Positions 58,120 through 64,000 of a stretch of 64,000 nucleotides of DNA are shown here, one piece after another. Made by a program: the position numbers and the translations under genes. The stretch is from Eledone cirrhosa (Eukaryota), in contig OZ024743.1 in NCBI GenBank assembly GCA_964016885.1, positions 166,036,001-166,100,000 on the forward strand, given 5' to 3'. Each line of letters starts with the position of its first letter. Position 1 is the first letter of the stretch. The notes under the pieces were generated by a model. That model was not told the origin of the DNA. It ran no database searches and saw nothing but the letters and a program-made list of their open reading frames with translations.

Positions 58120-58660
58120 AGGCCCCAGAGAATTAAATACACACACACAGACAATTAAACACACACACATCTACACATATAGATACATATGTGATGACAG
58201 ACAGGTGTGCATGAATGTATGTCTGTGTGTGTCTGTCTTAGTATATGTATGTGAGAGTGTATGCGTGATAATTTTTATTTTAACATTAGGCCTCAGTGAA
58301 TTAAACACACACACATATAACGTTGTATACACATTATCTACACACATCTACACATATAGATACATATGTGATGACAGACAGGTGTGCATGAATGTATGTC
58401 TGTGTGTGTCTGTCTTAGTATATGTATGTGAGAGTGTATGCGTGATAATTTTTATTTTAACATTAGGCCTCAGTGAATTAAACACACACACATATAAGTT
58501 GCATACACATTATCTTCACACAGACAATTAAACACACACACACATCTACACATAGATACATATGTGATGACAGACAGGTGTGCGTGAATGTATGTCTGTG
58601 TGACTGTCTTAGTATATGTATGTGAGTGTGTGTGAGAGGGTATATGTGTGTGAGTAACAA
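58120..58660. repeat. Tandem repeat, ~178-bp unit x3, CA/TG-rich
   Basis: GATACATATGTGATGACAGACAGGTGTGC recurs at ~58182, ~58359 and ~58554. Confidence 0.85.
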
Positions 58661-59449
58661 TTTATTCATTTGTACACCAACAAAAAATGACATAATGAAT
58701 ATTGTTTACCCTAAGGGGCTTCAAGATTGACAGATTTTCATTTCTAAATTCTATTATCATTACAGTTTTGATATTTTTTTAATAAAATATAGATATTTTG
58801 AAATAATTATGAGAAAAAAAACATATCTTCATATTTATTGTTTACTAATCTGAATAAGAACAGCAGTAACCCAGGAAACACCAAGTAATTCAGGTAGTCC
58901 CAACTAAAAACAAATTCATCTTAGTGTTTGATAAGCTGACACCTATTTTTTGATAATTCTTGTTCTGCACACACTAAAACAATTAATAAGCTTGCATTTT
59001 TGACTGCATATTCCACACTCATTTATGCCAAATATTTCCACAATGTTGTTATGTGGCAAAGATGGTCGGTGATTTCATCATCATTTAGCATCTATTTTCC
59101 CTGCTAGCAAGGGCTGGACAGGTCTTCACAAACCAAGACAGTACTCAAGTGGAGCTACTGACTCCCCAGATGGGCTAGGGGCCAGCCTCACACTTACATT
59201 CAATCTTGCACTCTACTGAGTACATTTTATCATAACACTAGTGCTGCAGATGTTTTTGACCCAGGTGAAGGGCTCTCATGACCCTTTCTTTGGCAAGTTT
59301 TCTACAACTTGATGCCATTCCTATCACCATTTATTTATTGATTGCAGGAAATGATTGTATAGTTGAAGGAAGACAGGACCCAGATTCCCTCAGAGAAGTA
59401 GCCATGCTCAATATGCAAAAAAGGAGTGGGTATAAACTCTATATAATGT

Positions 59450-60138
59450 ATACAAAAGATGTAGTGGGATAACAAGTAGACTAACAACAAGGGAGAACTT
59501 TGTTTGTAGAAGATGCACAGGAGAAATTGAGACTGCTAATGATATAAACATTTTCCAGTAACAGGGAGGACCCATAGCCGTGGTTGATAGCTTCTGCTAT
59601 CTAGGTGACCTAATTATCAGTGGAGGAGGGTGTGCTGAGAGTATAATAACTAAAATAAGGATAGGATGGAAGAAGTTTAGGGAACTGCTCCCACTGCTGA
59701 CAACAAAAGGTTTCTCGTGTGTGATACATAATGCTGCATGGTAGTGAAACATGGGCTGTGACTGCAGAGGACATGTGTAGACTGGAGAGAAATGAAGCTA
59801 ACATGTTTCGTTGGATGTGCAATGTAAATGTGAGAGAAAGATAGAGCTTGGACAAGCTGAGAGAGAAGCTTAAAGAGAATCTGAGATGGTGTGCAGGAGA
59901 GAAAACTCCATTGGTATGGGCACGTGATGCACATGGACCGATGGGTGAAGAAATGCCAGGAAATCCCAGTGGAAGGAAGCCGCAGTAGAGGAAAACCAAG
60001 AAAGGTCTGACCTCAAATCACTAAGACTGGAAGAGGAGATGACAAAGGAATGTGACAAGTGGAGTGATGCCGTGCTGAGAAGGACCTGTCCAACCCATGC
60101 AAGCATGGAAGAGTGGACGCAAAAACAATGATGATGAC
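59450..60138 (+). mobile_element. RTE-type LINE 3' fragment with ATG-repeat tail
   Basis: VDSFCYLGD, GWKKFRELLPLL, MLHGSETW, HWYGHVM; ends CCCATGCAAGCATGGAAGAGTGGACG..ATGATGA. Confidence 0.8.
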
Positions 60139-60557
60139 ATTTCTATAAAATTGTAATCCTTTAAGGTTCAGTAATGCTTCTCTTTGATGTCTACATCTGA
60201 GACAGGTACCTAGTTGCTTCTAATGGCTGCATCAACCGTGATTAGAAATAAATATAATCCACTCTATCATAACCTACTTTCTAATTATGTCAACTATTGC
60301 ACTTGAACAGGATTTTTGCTAACTGGGTTTGGACCAGTAAGCATAATAGTCTATTCATTACAGTTAAAATAATAATCAAAAAGAAAACATCATTTGGTTT
60401 CACAAGTTAAAAAAATATGTTCTTATGTGAATAACATCTAGTGTTCATGAAAAACTGCAAAATCTTATTGCCAGCTGGAATTACATAGCTACAATCCGAT
60501 TTCTGATTGGTTTCACTGAAAATTCATAACAGATTTAAAACCTAAGTTTCTTTGTAA

Positions 60558-60860
60558 AGGGGTGTGACTTCATGGCAAGAATGTTGGGCCCAAAATTGTG
60601 AGGTCATGAGTTTGGTTCTATGACCAGGGGGTGCTTTGTCTTTGAGCAATACACTGTTGCTCCAGTTGACTCATTTGGAAAAAATTAGTTGTGACATCAC
60701 TGTTCTCAAGTTGTATCAGCTTCTGCTCTTCTCCTTGGACAACATCAGTAGTGTGGAGAGAGGAGACTGGCATTCAGGGTGAATGTTGGTCTTCCACAAA
60801 ACATCCAGCTCAGGTTTGCACCTTGGAGAGGAACTTTCCAGGTGCAAACCCATGGCCAGC
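60558..60860 (+). mobile_element. Diverged SINE (family B-like)
   Basis: GAGGTCATGAGTTTGGTTC..TCTTTGAGCAATACAC..TTGCTCCAGTTGACTC resembles the reverse complement of 55480-55612. Confidence 0.45.
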
Positions 60861-60981
60861 TTTTAATAATATTTTTCATATTGGAAAGGTAAAAAAAAAA
60901 GGAAAAAGAAAACTTCTTACAGTTAACTTTATATAAACTATAAACTTAACATAGATTATGAACTCAGAGATTTAAATTATA

Positions 60982-61207
60982 CTAGACCACCAGTGACCCA
61001 TTGGGTCACGTTCACTTCAAAATATTTTTAAAAATCATGTTCACTTAAAAATAATTTTTAAATAATTAAAATATACAGACATGTATATAATGTGAAATGA
61101 AACTGGAAGGTCCATATATATATATATACGTGCGTGTATGTATATATATAAATGCGTATGTGTATACATATATGTGGGTGTCTGTGATCTATATACACTG
61201 GTCATAG

Positions 61208-61258
<51 letters not shown>

Positions 61259-61519
61259 CACATATATATATATATATATACACCACAACACCACCAGCTC
61301 TCTTCCATTCTCATCTGTCTCCTCTCCCTCTCTCTGTCTCTCTTTCTGTTTATGAAGGTACCCAGAAAACCCCATATCTTGGGAACTAGTTTTATTCCAT
61401 TTGTATTCCCATTTCAGGTGCAACTTCCTTTCAAAGTATTTTCCCATTATGTGCCCTTTTGGCTGTATTACATTACAGACAAACAAGCAAGCAATCACAG
61501 ACTTTTAGTAATATATAGA
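60982..61519 (-). mobile_element. Non-autonomous Helitron
   Basis: Minus strand begins A|TCTATATATTACTAAAAG and ends with hairpin GTGACCCA-A-TGGGTCAC, 7 nt, CTAG|T; sits between A and T. Confidence 0.72.
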
Positions 61520-61908
61520 TAGACAGATAGATGAGTTGCCAAAAATTTTTTGGAGGCTGTCTTTGTGTTGTGGACCAAACAATAATGCTAAACAGCGTAC
61601 CCCTTTTTCACAGTTATATGCCCCATTAAGAAAATTACTAGACCAGCATTCTCCACTTACATAGCCCATACTCACCTCACCAAATCACATGACAGGTCAA
61701 AACACCATACAACCCTCTCAAGCGCTTCAGGTATTTCCAAAAGATATTTAGTAATTTATTCATTGATTGCAGGAATTTATTATATATTTAAATAATTATA
61801 AAAATTAGTACAAAACAGTGATCCTTTATGGATCAGTAATGCATTTACCTGAGGTTGGTGTCTTAGGCAACTCTCTATTTGGTTTTAATAGCATTACCAG
61901 CCCTGCTT

Positions 61909-61965
<57 letters not shown>

Positions 61966-62209
61966 AAATGACAGTCAACAAATTATGAACCATCAATACA
62001 TCTAAGGTTCACATTCTCCATAACTGGAAAAAGTCAAAATCTATACTTCAAAATATTTACTTCTGCGTTCACAGACGGATTTCTTTAGTTTCAGAAGATC
62101 CCATTAAGGGTGAAAGCAGCGATTCTTTGCTTAAACTTTAATCTGTTATTTTAATATATATATTCGTGTACAGATATTTGTGCATACACAAAAACAAAAA
62201 CTTATTTAT

Positions 62210-62720
62210 TTCACGAAAGCACAGACGGCTTATCATCATTGTTACTGTTCGAGGTTAGAGGACCACAGTCTATCCAAGATCTGAGAACCATCAATGGCCA
62301 TCAATGTTCCACTTACCATTTGGCTTGCCAGATGCTTGGTATGTTACACGATGACAGCATTGGCACCTCACCCTGCAAGAAGCAGCAACTGCTGAAGTCC
62401 CTTCTCAGCTGCGAAAACTTTTTGCTATGATGCTGCACAACTGCAATCTCGCCGATCCTCTCGCACTGTGGAACAACCACCGCGAAAGTCTAGCTGAGGA
62501 CATCCTCCACCGCACACGCAGACACAATCCAAATGTAACATACGATGTCGTTTTCAATGAGGCGCTCATTTGTCTTGAAAACAGTGTCCTGGAGATTGGT
62601 GGTAGGCCTCTAAGTCACTACAGCTTACCTGCTCCTGACAGGAGTGTCCAGAGGTCAACGTCTACAGAGCTTCTCCGCGAGACGAGCTACGAAATCAGTG
62701 ATTCTGCCATGGTCAATGTA
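62210..62720 (+). pseudogene. Helitron RepHel fragment (between Rep and helicase), frameshifted
   Basis: LLFEVRGPQSIQDLRTING..TYHLACQMLGMLHDD, LRKLFAMML..PLALWNNHRESLAEDI. Confidence 0.8.
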
Positions 62721-62737
62721 TGTAGGATGCTCTAGGG

Positions 62738-64000
62738 CATTGGTTCCCAGACAGGGGGCCATAGCAAGTTATTGGGGGAGCCAGAGGAATTAACTAAAAA
62801 TCACAAAATGTCATACATAAAAAAGAAGAGTAGTTTCCTAACATAATTTTTTCTTTTTCTTGCTTCAAATTTTTATATTCAACTTTTTATCAACTTTCTA
62901 CCTTTTCTAATCATGATCTTACTTCACTTGATAATTATTTAAATCTGGATATAACAATTTATATTTTAGTAAATAAACTTAGTAAAGAAACTTATTTTTA
63001 TAACAGGATACATATTATTTATTTTAGTAAATTTCTCATTGACAAAATTACTTTGACTATTTTGAAGTACTTTTCATTATTTATTTTAGTAAATTTATCA
63101 TTTAAAACTAGATATAGAAACTTTTTTTTATTTATTTTAGTAAATTTCTCAATGTCAGAAAAACAGAAAAAAAGAAAGTATGATAATACATATCTTCAAA
63201 TGGGATTTGTTTGCATGCAAAAGAACAATATTGATTTGCCTCAATGTGTAACTTGTTTCAAGGTACTGGGAAATGACTCTATGAGGCCTTCTAAGCTCAA
63301 ATTACATCTTTCAAAATGTCACCCTGAACTACTTGGGAAAGATGAATCTTTTTTTAAAAGGAAATCAGATGGTTTAAAAAATCAAAAGCTTGATGTAAGT
63401 GGTACTATTCATGAGACCAAGGCCACTATTGTTGAAGCTTCCTATCGCGTTGCTTATCTGATTGCTCAACAAAAGAAGGCACACACGATTGCTGAGGAAC
63501 TGATTTTGCCTTGTGCCAAAGAGATGGTTAAACTTGTTGTTGGAGAAAGTGCTTCAAAGAAGTTAAATGATATATCCTTGTCAAATAACACGATAAAAAC
63601 GAAGGATAAATGATATATCAGAAGATTTGAAGGATCAAATCGTTGAGCAAATTAATGATTCACCATGGTTTGCATTGCAGCTTGATGAATCAACTGATGT
63701 TTCCATGTGTTCTCAACTCCTAGTCTTCTGTCGCTATTTGTTTAATGGTCATATGAAAGAAGAGTTTCTTTACTGTCATTCGCTGGAGGGCACAACGAAA
63801 GCAGTTGATGTCATGGAATCAATTTCTAAATTTATTGACAAGCAAGGAATTCTTTGGCAACGTTTCATAGGCATAACAACAGATGGAGCACCAGCAATGC
63901 TTGGATCAAGGTCTGGTTTTCAAACACTGGTAAAAGCTAAAGCACCACAAGTAATAGGAGTACATTGCTTCATACACAGGGAATCCCTTGCATCAAAAAT
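62738..64000 (+). mobile_element. hAT DNA transposon, Buster/Charlie type; left end and transposase, runs off the window
   Basis: TIR-like CATTGGTTCCCAGAC at 62738 preceded by CTCTAGGG (similar to the NTCTAGAN target); subterminal TATTTTAGTAAAT repeats. Confidence 0.8.
63152..64000 (+). pseudogene. hAT transposase (BED finger + catalytic core), frameshift near 63600, incomplete
   Basis: KRKYDNTYLQMGF, PQCVTC..MRPSKLKLHL..H, HTIAEELILP, LSNNT; then FALQLDESTD, TDGAPAM, HCFIHRE. Confidence 0.85.

Noticed and set aside
63053-63613. Domesticated ZBED-type host gene
   Set aside because: Frameshift near 63600 plus a TIR-like end and target-like flank favour a transposon copy.

Overview
Eukaryotic (animal) repeat-rich genomic DNA with no convincing host gene. 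The SINE and RTE families and the dense TA/CA microsatellites resemble coleoid cephalopod (octopod) genomes; this is inference from recall, not a search. The centrepiece is a 17.5-kb head-to-tail array of three nearly identical, full-length Tx1-like (L1-clade) non-LTR retrotransposons (minus strand, 15960-33424). Exactly (AAT)5 separates the copies and flanks the array's right end. The array sits in the (AAT)n tract at the 3' end of an R4/Dong-like element, which itself follows the (AAG)n tail of an RTE LINE. The abundant tRNA-like SINE shares a similar 3' terminus and the ATTAT junction with the Tx1 element, suggesting a Tx1-SINE partnership. Also present: a Ty3/Gypsy element with two 270-bp LTRs and a 5-bp TSD inside a 5'-inverted RTE, a permuted second Gypsy relic, two CRE-like relics (one with a PHD-like finger), a Penelope-like RT fragment, three hammerhead-ribozyme motifs in Penelope-type repeats, several fold-back inverted duplications, Helitron pieces and the 5' part of a Buster/Charlie-type hAT transposon. 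Boundaries of decayed elements are approximate.
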